Shown: piece by piece, positions 1 to 12,768 of the stretch
Position numbering within the stretch: position 1 is the first letter of the stretch
Layout: every line of letters starts with the position of its first letter
Origin: Neophaeotheca triangularis
Taxonomy: Eukaryota
Assembly: GCA_054600435.1 (NCBI GenBank)
Contig: BAAIJX010000012.1
Coordinates: 124,001 to 188,000 of the forward strand
Direction of reading: 5' to 3'
Length of the DNA: 64,000 bases
Position numbers and translations under genes: made by a program
Notes under the pieces: generated by a model
Seen by the model: the letters and a program-made list of their open reading frames with translations, nothing else
Told to the model about the DNA's origin: nothing
Database searches by the model: none

Positions 1-916
1 AAGCCTTGATATCAACCTGCGAACGGATCGAGGTGATGGCCCGGCTCATGATCTAATTCTCGAGATGGCCACAGCTTTACAAGGCCTAGAGAAGCCCATG
101 AAGAGCGCTAAACGCTGGGTATGATCTGCACCCTACAAATACCGCGCTGCTATCAGACCTTTACGGCGTGATGTCTCTAAAGGCCACTTACACGGGTGCT
201 GGGATGCTTGTACGAACCAAGAGTAGATAGTGTCGACAAGAAGCGCTTATAGCACTGAACGTATTAAATCGTCTGCTTGCGAACATAGAGACCTGTTGTA
301 AGGTCCAGCTACAGGACAATTTCGATGGCTCATTGGGACTTCTTGATGTAGAATGCTCCCGATACCTAGCAGTAATGAGTACTAGTACTCTGTAGTAACA
401 ATGCATAAGTTATTTCGAGCAGCAACAGATCCTCGCCGCTAGCCATTCTTAGCTTCCACGGAACGCTTGCCGGCAGGCGGCAGTCGTTCGTCATGCGCCA
501 AAGCGGACACCTCGGGCGATCAGGTCTCCAGTAACTAGCACCTCAGTTTCTCACCTACAATTATACGTACGCGCCCGGCCAAGTGCTGAAATACAGAGCT
601 TCTACAACGTACACGACCTCACCTCGACCCTCAAGTAACGAACGAAAGAAACGGCTCTGTACGAGTCCCGACCGCCGCCCCAACGACTGTGAACCCGTGG
701 CACGACCCAACGGCCCTCTCCCTTCCTCGCCCGAGCAAGCGCACCGGTCGACCTAGCGCACGTCACTACTACTACATATCCTACCCTATCATTACCGCAT
801 CGATATTCATCATTCACCGGGCGGTGTCACTGTCGGGTTTTGTGGACTGCCTGCCTTGACGGCTTCTCGGCTTTTTCGATCTTCCTTCTTCCTTCTTCTT
901 TTGAATCTGCGTTACC

Positions 917-2240
917 ATGGTCGTCAATGAGACAAGGAAGCGGGTGTTGAGGCAGTTGAATAGTCGGTATATCTATGGGAGATTTGTAGGTTCCTTCTTC
1001 TCTTTCTATCTGCTTGGGATGGGAGTTGGTTTGGTGGGCTTGGTCTGGGAAAGATGGGAAGGAGAGAGGGAAGATGGTGGATTGACCAAGAGGTGCATGG
1101 CCTGGTGGTGCTGGTATTGCGGCTCGGCGGTGGTGCTGGGTGATGCATAGTGTCAAGAGGGTTGTGGGATGTGGGATGTGGTGGTTTCGCGGCCGCACAA
1201 GAAGAGGCAGATCGAGGGCATTTGGATTATAATTTGGGGTATAATTTGGCCATGCTAACAGCTTATTGCCACAGCCTTTACTCCACGCCATCATCGCCCT
1301 CCTGCAATTCGCAATGGTCTCGATACTCGTGCGCAAGTTCAACACCTACTACACCACACGGCCGGTGCTTACGACCATGATCGTCAATGCGGTGCGTTCC
1401 GACATTCCAATTCAAGAAGGAACAGGGCTCGAGACACAGGGGTAGTGGGACTGACAACATAGATTTACAGGTCTTGGGTGGCATCGCAGACACAACGGCA
1501 CAGACTCTCACAGCTATCAACAGACGGCACCGACAAAAAGCCATTGACCACGGCAAAGACGACTTCTTCGCTGTCGAGATTCACGAACTGGATAAGAAGG
1601 TGCCCTGGCCTGATGAGGAGGACATGCTACCGCCTTCCAAGCGCCGCGCGCCCCCGCCTTTCGATTTTGAGCGCTTGGTTCGTTTCATGGCGTATGGTTT
1701 CATGATGGCGCCGCTGCAGCATAAGTGGTTTGGTTTCTTGCATAGGACTTTTCCAATTGGAGATGGCCATGGCACGCTGAATGCGATGAAGAGGGTGGCT
1801 TTTGATCAGTTTCTTTTTGCGCCTGCTGGTGAGTTTACACGCGTGCGGCAATAACTACACTGGACAGGAGATCCAAGGGGTAAAAGTGGGCTGGAAGCTA
1901 ACAGCCTCGCGTCCGACAGGTCTGGCGACTTTCTTCACTTTCATGACAGTGGCTGAGGGCGGCGGTAAACGCGCAGTGATGCGCAAATTCCAAGACGTTT
2001 ACATACCCGCTCTCAAAGCCAACTTCATGGTTTGGCCGCTGGTGCAAATCATCAACTTTAGGCTCATGCCGATTCAATTCCAGATAGTGAGTTACTCGAA
2101 ATCCAAGTGATGCCCCGGTTGCACTGGCTGACTTTCTCTCCTTCTAGCCCTTCGTCTCGACAATCGGTATCGCCTGGACAGCCTACTTGTCCCTCAGCAA
2201 TGCCGCAGAAGAGGCGGCGACTCCCAACTCAAGCCCGTAG
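917..2240 (+). CDS. Mpv17/PMP22 family membrane protein; exons 917-985, 1275-1391, 1471-1828, 1920-2086, 2148-2240
   Basis: Joining exons at GT..CTRAC..YAG introns gives a continuous frame: ...YIYGRF|PLLHAII...RKFNTYYTTRPVLTTMIVNA|VLGGIADTTAQ...FDFERLVRFMAYGF...KRVAFDQFLFAP...ANFMVWPLVQIINFRLMPIQFQI|PFVSTIGIAWTAYLS. These are typical Mpv17/PMP22 motifs. Confidence 0.88.
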
Positions 2241-2823
2241 TATGCGCTAAAGAGGACAAAGAGCTCGAGACATGGCAAGTCGCCAAGAAGGCGCTCGAAG
2301 CATGAGAGCCTGGATTAGAGGCTTGGAGCCCAATGTACTCGTATGGCTTTGCTTCTCACTTTCCTACTCGGGGAACCGGTGACGGACGGATGGATTCGGG
2401 AATTTCTTGCTCGGCGCTGGAGGCAGGCATGGAGTTGTGCACGGGTCCTGAGGGGTATCAGGAGTCAATAGGCGCTTCGCCTTGGGTATACAGTGCCTCG
2501 GTATATTCATTTCAATCCAGAGGGTTATGATCCGCCCGTGTCTCAGCGTGGAGTGAGTGGTCTTCTCGTCTCGTGACTAGCATATCTTTGATCGGGCCTT
2601 TCAGCAGCACAGCCTCCGAACTCGCCCAACGAAACAGCCCACCTTGGTCTGCCCCGCTTGTGACGTCCCAGCAATCAGAGCTTACCTTAGGTTCTTTTTT
2701 GTTGCTGTATTTACTTTTACTCCTACTCGAAACGCTTCAACAAGTATACCACTGAGAGTTAGTGAGCACATTCAAAAACGCCTCAACTCCTCGACTGACT
2801 CGTTAGCTACTGGAACTGCCATC

Positions 2824-4144
2824 ATGTCGCTCACCAACAAGCTCGCCATCACCGACGTCGACCTAAAGGGCAAGAGGGTGCTCATTCGCGTACGCGACCT
2901 TCTCCAACAAACCGGGCAAGTGAACGAGACACTAATGCCACTTCCAGGTCGACTTCAACGTGCCCCTCGACAAGGAGACCAACTCCAAAATCACCAACAA
3001 CCAGCGCATCGTCGGCGCCCTCCCCACCATCAAATACGCCATCGACAATGGCGCCAAAGCCGTCGTCCTCATGTCGCATCTCGGCCGCCCGGACGGCAAG
3101 CCCAACCCCAAATACAGCCTTAAGCCCGTCGTCGCCGAGCTCGAGAAACTCCTCGACGGCAAGAAAGTGACCTTCACCGAGGACTGTGTGGGTGCCGAGG
3201 CGGAAAAGACCGTCAACAGCACCACCGACGGCGGCGTGGTCCTCCTCGAGAACCTCCGCTTCCACATTGAAGAGGAAGGCAGTGCCAAGGATGCCGACGG
3301 CAACAAGACCAAGGCCGACAAGTCCGCCGTCGACTCTTTCCGCAAGCAGCTCACAGCCCTCGGCGACGTCTACATCAACGACGCCTTCGGTACCGCCCAC
3401 CGCGCCCACAGCAGCATGGTCGGCGTTGACCTCCCGCAAAAGGCCTCGGGCTTCCTCGTGAAGAAGGAGCTCGAGTACTTCGCCAAAGCGCTCGAGAACC
3501 CCCAGCGCCCCTTCCTCGCCATCCTCGGCGGCGCCAAGGTCTCGGACAAGATCCAGCTGATCGACAACATGCTGGATAAGGTCAACAGCCTGATCATCTG
3601 CGGTGGCATGGCCTTCACTTTCAAAAAGACTCTCGACAACATGCCCATCGGTAACTCGCTCTTCGACGAAGCCGGCGCGAAGAAGGTTCCCGAACTTATG
3701 GAGAAGGCCAAGAAGAACAACGTCAAGATCGTACTGCCCGTCGACTACATCACTGCCGATGCCTTCTCAGCCAACGCAAACACCGGTTACGCTCTCGACA
3801 AAGACGGCATCCCCGACGGCTGGATGGGTCTGGACTGTGGCGACAAGAGCGTCGAGCTCTACCAGTCCACCATCGACGACGCCAAGACTGTCCTCTGGAA
3901 CGGCCCCCCGGGTGTCTTCGAGATGGACAAGTTCGCAAACGGCACCAAGAAGACTATGGAGGTTGCTGTCAAGGCTGCACAGGGGGGCAAGATTGTGATT
4001 ATTGGAGGTGGTGACACGGCGACTGTGGCCGCTAACTACGGGGTTGAGGACAAGTTGAGCCATGTTTCTACCGGTGGTGGTGCGAGTTTGGAGCTGCTGG
4101 AGGGTAAGGAGTTGCCCGGTGTGGCGGCGCTGTCGAGTAAGTAG
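2824..4144 (+). CDS. PGK1: Phosphoglycerate kinase; exons 2824-2889, 2948-4144 (alternative peroxisomal C-terminus, see findings)
   Basis: [30 protein letters not shown], plus [36 protein letters not shown] and [15 protein letters not shown]. Intron GTACGC..CTAAT..CAG. Confidence 0.98.
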
Positions 4145-4645
4145 ACTCATGCTCGTGTGCTGTGGGTAATGGGGACCTGACCCGTGGTGCTTAGGCCGGC
4201 GGGCGAGGTTGTAGATAGATAGGGATGACGATATGGAATACGAGGAAAGCTTACGATTTTCTGATCTTTGTTATCGAGATTGACTGGTTTTCAATTAGCT
4301 GTTTTCGGCACGTTTATCTACGGCTCTGCAGCACGGTCGTATCCTCGTACTATGACCAGAGGTCATCACCCTCTTGACGCCCCAAATTTTCGTCTCCATC
4401 TGCATCGCTATAAACCGCAACCTTCTCGCTGTTTGCTCTCCGCATTTCAGTCCAGCCGCGTTCCGGTGTCCGCCAATACTACCGCCGCCTTCCACTCTTG
4501 GACAGCGGCTCCGAAGAGCAACAGATCTTCTCAAGATCGTAATGCGCGCTCGTTCTGATCGTAGTAGGGATGGGGCATTGAACGCATGAACTGGCGGGTG
4601 CGTTTTGGATGTTGAAACTTCTTGATCGTGAGGTGGCTATCGCGT

Positions 4646-5150
4646 CTATTGAGATCCGGCTTTCTTGGTCTCCGCGCTGTGGAAGAATGGCATATCAGCA
4701 AACGTGGCTCACGTTCGCCTCTGCCGCGACCTGTGCTCGAGAAGCATGCAAAACAAGCGATAGAAGCGCTTACCTCAACTGCACACTGAAATCCTCCGCC
4801 GTATCGTCATCATCCCAAGTCTCCTCCCACATATGCGCTTGATCGTTCTTTGCGCTGACGGTCTCGGAAGCCGGCCAATCTGCAGTGAAAAGAACCATCG
4901 TCAGCATGGAAACCCCTATCAAACCCACAGAACGGTCCTTCCAGCAACCCACGTGGCCCTCGAAGTATCATAGCTGTTCGAAAGTGGTGTTCTCACCTTC
5001 CGTAGGGAAGTCCTCAAACTCATCATCTTCCTCCATGACTCTGGGTTTGGTATTTTGCTCGCCGGCGGGTTTGCCCGAATTGGCGACGTTGGGGTCGGTG
5101 CCGCCGGTGGCTTTGGCCATGTTGTTGTTGCCTTGGGCTGCGCCGGACAT
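4646..5150 (-). CDS. SEM1: Sem1/Dss1 proteasome lid / TREX-2 subunit; exons 5150-4997, 4879-4774, 4676-4646
   Basis: EEDDEFEDFPTE|DWP...HMWEETWDDDDTAEDFSVQL is the Dss1/Sem1 signature. Donors GTGAGA and GTAAGC. The last exon (SAETKKAGSQ*) is inferred from a CTGAT..CAG acceptor. Confidence 0.92.
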
Positions 5151-5543
5151 GATTGCTGTGGGAGGTGGGGTTCCTTTGATAGCGCTGGAGGGAGGATGAG
5201 GAGGGGTCGGGGACGGGTTTGGGGCTGGTATATAAGGAGGCTGGGATGGCGAGGTTGTGTGGTCTTTGTGGTCTTTGGTGAGGGTGGGGTTTGGTCTGTT
5301 TTGTGGTGGATGAGGTCAACGCAGCTGTTGGTGAAGCTGGAGGACCGGAGATACTTCGGTTCACGACACGGCAAGTGCTTTGCTTGGCGCGTCCAACATT
5401 GATTGGTGCGAAGACGCGCTCAGGTCCGGTTCGACCTCTTTCTTCACTTCGATACTCTCCCACTTTTCGCTTTCTAGCAGGAGAACTTCTTCGTTCAGGT
5501 AGCAGAGTACTGGCTACACTCTACTTTCAATATTTGAAAGGCC

Positions 5544-7427
5544 ATGTGCGGCATTTTCCTCTCGCTGAGCCGCCGCCAGCACGCCTGGCCAAGCGAAAGA
5601 CTGGAGAAACTGCTGAGAGATCGAGGGCCCGATGCTACCGGAAAACTGAAGCGTGTTCGCCATGGCTCTCAAGAAGCGATCAACCACGAGGCTAGCAATG
5701 AAGTTTACTTGAGCTTCCTCTCAACCGTGCTTGCTTTACGTGGAGACAGTACGGTGGAGCAACCCTTCACTCGTTCTGAGGACGACTCCGTACTATGCTG
5801 GAACGGCGAAGCCTGGACGGTCGATGGGCACCTCGCTGGTGGCAACGACACAGAGACGGTTTACCACGTATTATGCAAGGCCACCAGCTTGGGTCAGACG
5901 GACTCCGAGGATCGGGCAACATGGTCTTCGAAAGCTGCTGGAAGAGTAGCGGAAGCAATGTCTCGCATCGCTGGACCGTATGCTTTCGTTTTCTTTGATA
6001 GCCTCCATGGCATGCTCTACTTTGGACGAGACCTGCTGGGCCGAAGATCATTACTCAGCCGGGTTTCTTCTGATGGCGAACTCTTCCTTAGCAGCGTCAC
6101 TGATGGTCAGCCAGAGGAAGGATGGACTGAGATTGAAGCCGACGGGGTATACTGGATAGACTTTGCCGCTAACGCAAACCCGCCGGGCAGATCGCAAAAG
6201 GCAGCATTCCTCACGCTGAGAAAGCCGTACCCCACGGTCACTGACGGGGAGACTCACAATTCTGTAGGTAATGCAGTTCCTTCCCTTGGGCATTCGGCGC
6301 TCATGCACAGGTAGGTCATCTCACTTTCCTCTTTGAACAAGCACGTCCCCCAGACCCCTCAAGTCTTGCAGATAGATTCGCCTGCAGTCGCTGCCCTCGA
6401 GGAACACCTTTTATATGCTCTTGGCTTGCGAATACTGGATATACCCAACCATCCAACAATCCATCACGAAGAGCAAGTATCCCAGGTCAAGCTAGCAGTA
6501 CTATTCTCGGGTGGTCTGGACTGCACGGTGCTAGCCCGTCTATCGCACCTTCTGTTCCCTCCTGGTCAAGCGATCGATCTGCTCAACGTTGCATTCGAGA
6601 ACCCACGAGTCCACAAAAGTGCCATAGCCGACGATCAACATTCCCCGTCACCATATGAACTTTGTCCCGATCGCATAACCGGCCGTGCCTCTTTTACAGA
6701 ACTCCAGCGTGCATGCCCGAAAAGGAATTGGCGCTTTGTTGCCATCAACGTGCCATACTCAGAAACTACTGCGTGCCGTGACAAGGTCATGGCACTAATG
6801 CATCCTCACAATACCGAGATGGATTTGAGCATAGCCAACGCTCTCTACTTCGCCGCCCGTGGCACTGGTGTTGTCGGTAGCGGCGATCAGGGCGAGGCTG
6901 CTTACACGACATCTGCACGCGTGCTGCTATCAGGCCTTGGTGCGGACGAGCTTTTCGCGGGATACACTCGACACGCTACAGCATTCAAGCGGAATAATTA
7001 CAATGGTTTGCTGGAAGAGATCGATCTCGATGTGGGCAGGCTCGGAAAGCGAAATCTCGGTCGAGACGATCGTATCATCTCCAGCTGGGGCAGAGAGGCG
7101 CGCTTTCCTTTCCTTGATGAGGAACTTGTACGTTGGGCACTCGCGGCACCGGTCAGCGACAAGTGTGGTTTCGGCGAGGATGCGAGCGAAATTGCGAATG
7201 ACGGATCAGACGAGAGCAAGGCTTTAGAGCCTGGCAAGAAGGTTTTGCGCTGCTTGGCTCTGAAGCTGGGAATGACGAACGTGGCGAAGGAAAAAAAACG
7301 AGCCGTAAGCATTCTATCTCTACGAGACGCTCGTGTACTTCTTACTGACTTCTCGAAGATCCAATTTGGTGCGAGAACAGCAAAGATGGAAGTCGGAAGG
7401 ATTAAAGGCACGCAGCTACTGTCATGA
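5544..7427 (+). CDS. Asparagine synthetase domain-containing protein (ASNSD1/YML096W-like); introns 6264-6314 and 7305-7358
   Basis: N-terminal MCGI, RGPD, LCWNGE and FGRDLLGRRSLL (Ntn amidotransferase). LFSGGLDC, LSGLGADELFAGY, RNLGRDDR and KKRA|IQFGARTAKM (synthetase-like domain). Confidence 0.9.
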
Positions 7428-9194
7428 GCCTGGATCCATCACAGCATGCAACACTACATTCCAACGGTACGCTAAAATTTGTCCTATCCCATGCATGCTT
7501 CCCCAGGCACCGTGATGATTGGAATATATCCAATACAGATACTTATGATTGCTGCCTGATCACAGCCTAAGTCGACTTAGCCCACTCTCTGCGAAGAGTT
7601 GTGGCTTTGCGGCTCGGCAGGTTGGGTATGCGTGATCGAGGAAAGGCAAGTCTGATTTGCTGGGAAAGTGCAGACACATGGAATATCTCGCAAAGACCGT
7701 GTCATTGAGCTTTGTGTGCTGATAAAACGTTGACTAGCAGTGCTCGATCTTGTCTCTTTAGCTACCGTATCCTTTATTGTACTTGTTTGGAATCAATAGC
7801 TTGCTCTTTTGGCCTTTAATGCGCTCAAAGAGCGTATCTGCGTGTGCATTCTGGTCGTTTCTGCGGTTCACGCAACAGGTAAAACACATAGGTGTCATCC
7901 CTTTCAAGCAGGCCATGTGCTAAGCAAGATTTGTAGCATGTGGGCTCTTCGGGAAGCGATATATACCTTCCCCTTGGCTCATCTCTTACCTCTTCCTTGA
8001 CTCCACAACAACAACAACCTAACACCATCCACACTTCTCCAGCTTGCTACCCATAAGTGACACACGATAGGAAGTCACTTACTCCATTACCCCAAGCCCT
8101 CACCAAGGCCCTGTACCACTCCAAGCTTAATGCTGGCCAGGCCGCTAGTATATACGGAGTCGCTGCCCCTAAGCCAGGACTACATCTGGAACGAGGCGAA
8201 GTGCTCCAACATTCTTCTTCAGGGTCTACTGAATCAGTCTACTAAAGGCTCCGTGCCCTCCAGCACGCTCTACGTGTTCGACAGCTACGTGGCGACTCTA
8301 CGAGCCCTCGGAAGATACACAAGCCAGTTGAAGCACATGCTCAGCGAGACGTCTACTTAACCTTGATCGGCTGAGCTGGAGACCTTCGACCCTACACACT
8401 CTTACAAACTCTAACAACACTTTCCGACCTACCTGTCACTCTTTGGACGCTTGCATATCACATACATCTACCTTACCATTAATCACTGGAGGCATTGATT
8501 TTACAAGACTGGAAGCCAATACCACACTCATCACGGCCACGGCCGTCTTCTCTTCCCCTTCAACTACGACTACTGAACCGGCTACTGAACAGCTAGCACG
8601 ATCTCTAGGTACTACGTGCCAAGTCGTGTGCTGTTCACAAGGCGACGTAAGGGCCAGGCTTCAGGACGAGACTCGACAAGCTGCCCTTTCAAGCTGCCCT
8701 TTCAAGCTTTCGTTCTCGAACACACCTACCTTCGACGACTTCTCAATCTTCATCAACAGCCCTACGAATATCCAATACCTAGCGCGAACAGCTACGACCT
8801 ATTAAAGGACAGTTAGCTTCCTGGATTGCGAACAGATCCTTCTAGCTCCTTCATCCACATCAAGTCATCATCTCCCCGAAAAGACTACGAATCTCCTTCT
8901 CGGATAAGACACGTTTACGGACATACCTGAGGCCTTGCCTCTGTGGTTCGGGATACTCGTACGCCATACCTCCGCCGACGACTATCTCTCCCACAACTAC
9001 CTCCGACAATACTCTCTTTGTAACACTTGCACTGCTATACTCCTACTCGATCATCATACTCACTTCAAACACCTTGGCCTGAGTTATATTATACCTGCCA
9101 CAACCGTTTAACAGGCCTTTTTGGCTTCGAAAATTGATCAAAAGTATACCAGCCAACTGCGACCTGTCAAACCTCCACAATGCTCGGGATCAGG

Positions 9195-12100
9195 ATGAAG
9201 CTGTCCTACGTGGCCCTGGTTCTTGCTACTCTCTTCTCGCCAAGTTTCTGCGACCAATCCACCTCTGATTCGATTGACGCCGCCTCATACACAGCCAACT
9301 TTGACCAAGGTGGCCTCGTAAGTGCTGCGCCAAAAGCATCAAATGGACCTGAAGATTTACTAACGTTGAATAGGTGGGCCGAATGCCCCTTTTCAGGAGA
9401 TCCGATGGCCTGTCTCCGGATGAAAAGTTCGATGCCAAGGCCAATCTGACCGCGATCAGTATCTTGAGGGTAAGAGCAGCGACGTCCTCTCGTCCATCTC
9501 TCGTGCTAATCAACTTCTTTGCAGAACGCCGCACCTACTGCCCCTGTCGCTTATGGCCGTTATCCAACCGCCGCCAATCCTACTGTCAATAGCCCACCTT
9601 TTGGCACAGGTTCCGCCACCAACGTATGTGTAAAATTCCCTTGCAGTCTACAGCGTGTGCTAATCGTTTGTGGATAGGCTGGCGCGGCATCCTCAGGCGC
9701 ATACGGAGCTCAGTACCCTGTTCAGGGCGCTCTTTGGAACTCTTCCAGTACAGCCATTAATACTGCGGCCGCTACTCATACTGCCGCTCGCGTCAACCCA
9801 CCGCCGATCCAGGAAGATGTCCCTTTGAATAAAAGGTGTAAGTTAACCCTGGCCTCGTAGTTCTTATACTAGGTTCGATCATTAATTCAAGACAGCATTT
9901 CTCGGCAAGGTCGTGGATACCGCTGGACCGAAAATCGTAAACGCCGTCAAGAACAGAATCAAGCCCCTGAGACCAAAGCAGAACAGTAGTCAGAATGCAA
10001 ACACTGGTACGAGCAAAGACGCCAAAAATGGCGTTGACAAGAACTCCAAACCAGGCTCGAATAAGACGCCAGCTCCGAGCAATCCCGTCACGGGTTTTCA
10101 GCCCTCGAGCACACTGAAGAGTGAGGTTTCGACAAGTAGCAACGCCGAAGAAACTTCGAAACAAGGCACAATGAACAAGGTGCCAGCGCCAGCCGCCGCG
10201 GGAGCCGCAGCTATGGGGTTCGGTGCTGTGGGGCCCGGTGGCAGTGGCAGCAGAAGTGGGAGCAACAACACTAGCGAAAACTTCCATCCCTCGCCGCTTA
10301 ATGAATCTGCGATCCAGGGACCCCAAGGCGTTCCTCAAGCACCCGAATATCCCCAGGATGGTTCACTGCCGAATTCAGATCCTAACGTTATTAGCAAACC
10401 TGACGACCAGAGCACGGAGGTCAACACACATTTAGGCACTACGCCCGCACGTCCGCAGCGATCCCCGGGCCCAATGCACTCTGATGATAGCAATGCTAGA
10501 TACGGAAATCCCGACAACGATCTTTATTCCAATGCCGCACCCCCAGCTGAGAAACGCCCTTTGGATCCGATTGATCGTAACGGTGGCCGCAACCAACCCG
10601 GGAACGGTGCCCCTTCAATTGGCAGGCGTGCTCTGAGTCAAGCCATGGACCTTGCAAATGGCATCATGGACTCGATTGCAGGTCTGCTCTATGGCGTCGT
10701 TGGTAATGGTAGCACCACGGCCATCAACCGAAACCATTCTTCGGTCTTTACCAGCGATGACGATTCCAGTGAAAATTCCCAAAGTCGACAAGTCGAAAGT
10801 CGAAGTGTCGAGCAGTATGCTACTCCTGAATGGCATATGCGCGCGATAGAAACCCTGCCAGAGTTCAACGACACCCACGCCACCTTCAGACGCACTGTTC
10901 AAGACGTCGGACCCGGCGGCATCCATCGAAGGGGCCTGGGGCTGGATCTTGTCGTCACGTACCTTGTCAATTGGCTACTGCAGCCAGGCTCTGGCCAAAG
11001 CGAGGGGGCCATTCGGACGCTAAATCAACAACAGGGGACGGCGGCAAGCCCTTTTCCTCCTTGCCCCGAGATGGACGATCTTTGGGGTCCGCGAGGCATC
11101 GGAAGGCTTGTTCAGGATGTCAAACATTTTGCAAGCACAGAAGAGGGCAGGAGAAGCAAAGAGCTCGCAGATGCGGTGAATCGGCTCAAAGACCGATTGA
11201 CCTGTTCGATACAGTCTATCAAGTCTATTGGCAGCAACGACACAGATCCTGGGGTTCAAGATGCTGGCGACGAACGGTCTAATCTTGGTGACACTGTCCC
11301 ACATTCCAAGTCTGATCCTCGGAGCCTGGGCAGCCTCCAGGGACGAGGCAAAGATTCCGGCGAATCAGCGAGAACAGTCCTCAAACTCCATGGATACCAG
11401 GTCGTCATAGGCAAGCCAACTTCTGGTAGAGTGGACGGCATTATCACTCACATTAATCAAAAGCTGGATCATACCCTTCACGAGATCATACGGACGAAAC
11501 AAAAGGACATCAACAATTTGATCAAGCGGTACAGGACTTTCAACAGTGGACAGCCTTTCTCGAAATGTCCTAAATTCGACGACATTGGCCTCCCGCCAAG
11601 AAAACGTTCTCTCTCTAACGTTGTCCAAGGAGTGAAAAATGCCTATCCCATGGCGACGAGGAACCCTAAAGGTCCTTACGATGAGGATTACTACAAGGCA
11701 TGGAAACTTTTGGCAGATCGTATCGAATGCACTGAGAACCTTGCTTCTACACCTCACATCACGCAAAATCAGTACAACGAAATTCTCGAGTATGACTTCT
11801 ACAAGATTCGTTTCATCGAAGAATTGTCAAACAACGAGAAGGCCCGAAAGGAGCTCGTGCTGCAGCACGGCAACACCAAGTTGCTGAAGGCTGATTTTAC
11901 TATATCCTTCGCGGCGGAGGCGGATATTCCCAAAGCATCCCCCTTGGTTGGGTCAAAACCCGATAGCAGTGTCGATGAAGTTGCCGATCCGGATCCCAGG
12001 CAGGGGAAGCTGTTACCTCCACGTCCTCAGTTTGGAGCGGCACCAAAGGGTGCTGCTTCCGGTCAAGGTAGCGTGCCTCCATCCGAGCCCATCCAGCCTA

Positions 12101-12300
12101 TTCCGGAGCACGCGAACTACCCTGAGTCCGATCATGAAGTCGAAAGACTGTCGGATATCGAGGAAGTGTCCGGAGAGAGCGGCTCCGGCAGCGCGAGCGT
12201 CTCCGAAGAATCCGGGGAGGAAGACTCTGACGCCGGCCAAGGCACTTCGCACAATCAAGCGAATCCTGGTGGCAATAAGGATCCTTATGGGTGGATTTGA
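9195..12300 (+). CDS. Secreted orphan protein, ~960 aa, with multiple dibasic (Kex2-type) sites; exons 9195-9317, 9374-9469, 9525-9623, 9678-9837, 9896-12300
   Basis: Signal peptide MKLSYVALVLATLFSPSFC. Four GT-AG introns (GTAAGT, GTAAGA, GTATGT, GTAAGT; CTAAY branch sites in the first three) join in frame to the 795-aa ORF. Total CDS 2883 nt. Confidence 0.78.
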
Positions 12301-12768
12301 GTGGGGTCATAGCCGGGGAAGCTGGGGAGAGGTCGAGAGAAGGGCTTATCAAGTCATTTAGGGTCCGCTGATGGGCACAGAGCCTTGTCAGTAAAGACCC
12401 TGGAGCTGGAAAAAACCGTCGAGCGACTGTTTTGATTACTGTGAGATTTCTACGGGGTTTTGTATTGGGCGGCCAGGCTTTAGTGGAAGTACAGTGATCT
12501 GTATCAAAAGTTTCTGTTTTCATGGGGCACTGATTGACGAATCCACAAATACACTGACCGAAGTTCCTTCGTCTATAACGGCATTCCCATATCGTCATCA
12601 TCTTCAAGACAATTAGACACTAGGAGTCCGCCACGGCCCTCCCAGCCTCAATCCGGCCTGGTACTCTTCTCTCGGCATTGGGTATCCCATCCCACAACCT
12701 CCTAGCGCGCTTCCTCACATTCAAAGCCCTCGTACTCCTGCCCGGCATTCGGATACATCGAGACCCTC

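Noticed and set aside
1..430. TpA-rich stretch suggestive of RIP-mutated transposon DNA (similar at about 53130-53720)
   Set aside because: No transposase/RT motifs or repeat partner in the window; RIP indices were not computed.
917..1150. 77-aa hydrophobic ORF reading into Mpv17 intron 1
   Set aside because: Canonical donor at 986 and acceptor at 1274; the hydrophobicity reflects G/T-rich intron composition.
4142..4180. Stop-codon readthrough of PGK as a route to PTS1
   Set aside because: Readthrough gives [11 protein letters not shown], which is not a PTS1, and the context is not TGA-CTA; the splice route fits instead.
8040..9100. Coding-like fragments interrupted by stops, plus a 13-nt tandem repeat (CAAGCTGCCCTTT) at about 8677-8708
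   Set aside because: May be a pseudogene or TE relic, but I recognised no family motif, terminal repeat or TSD; needs tblastx.
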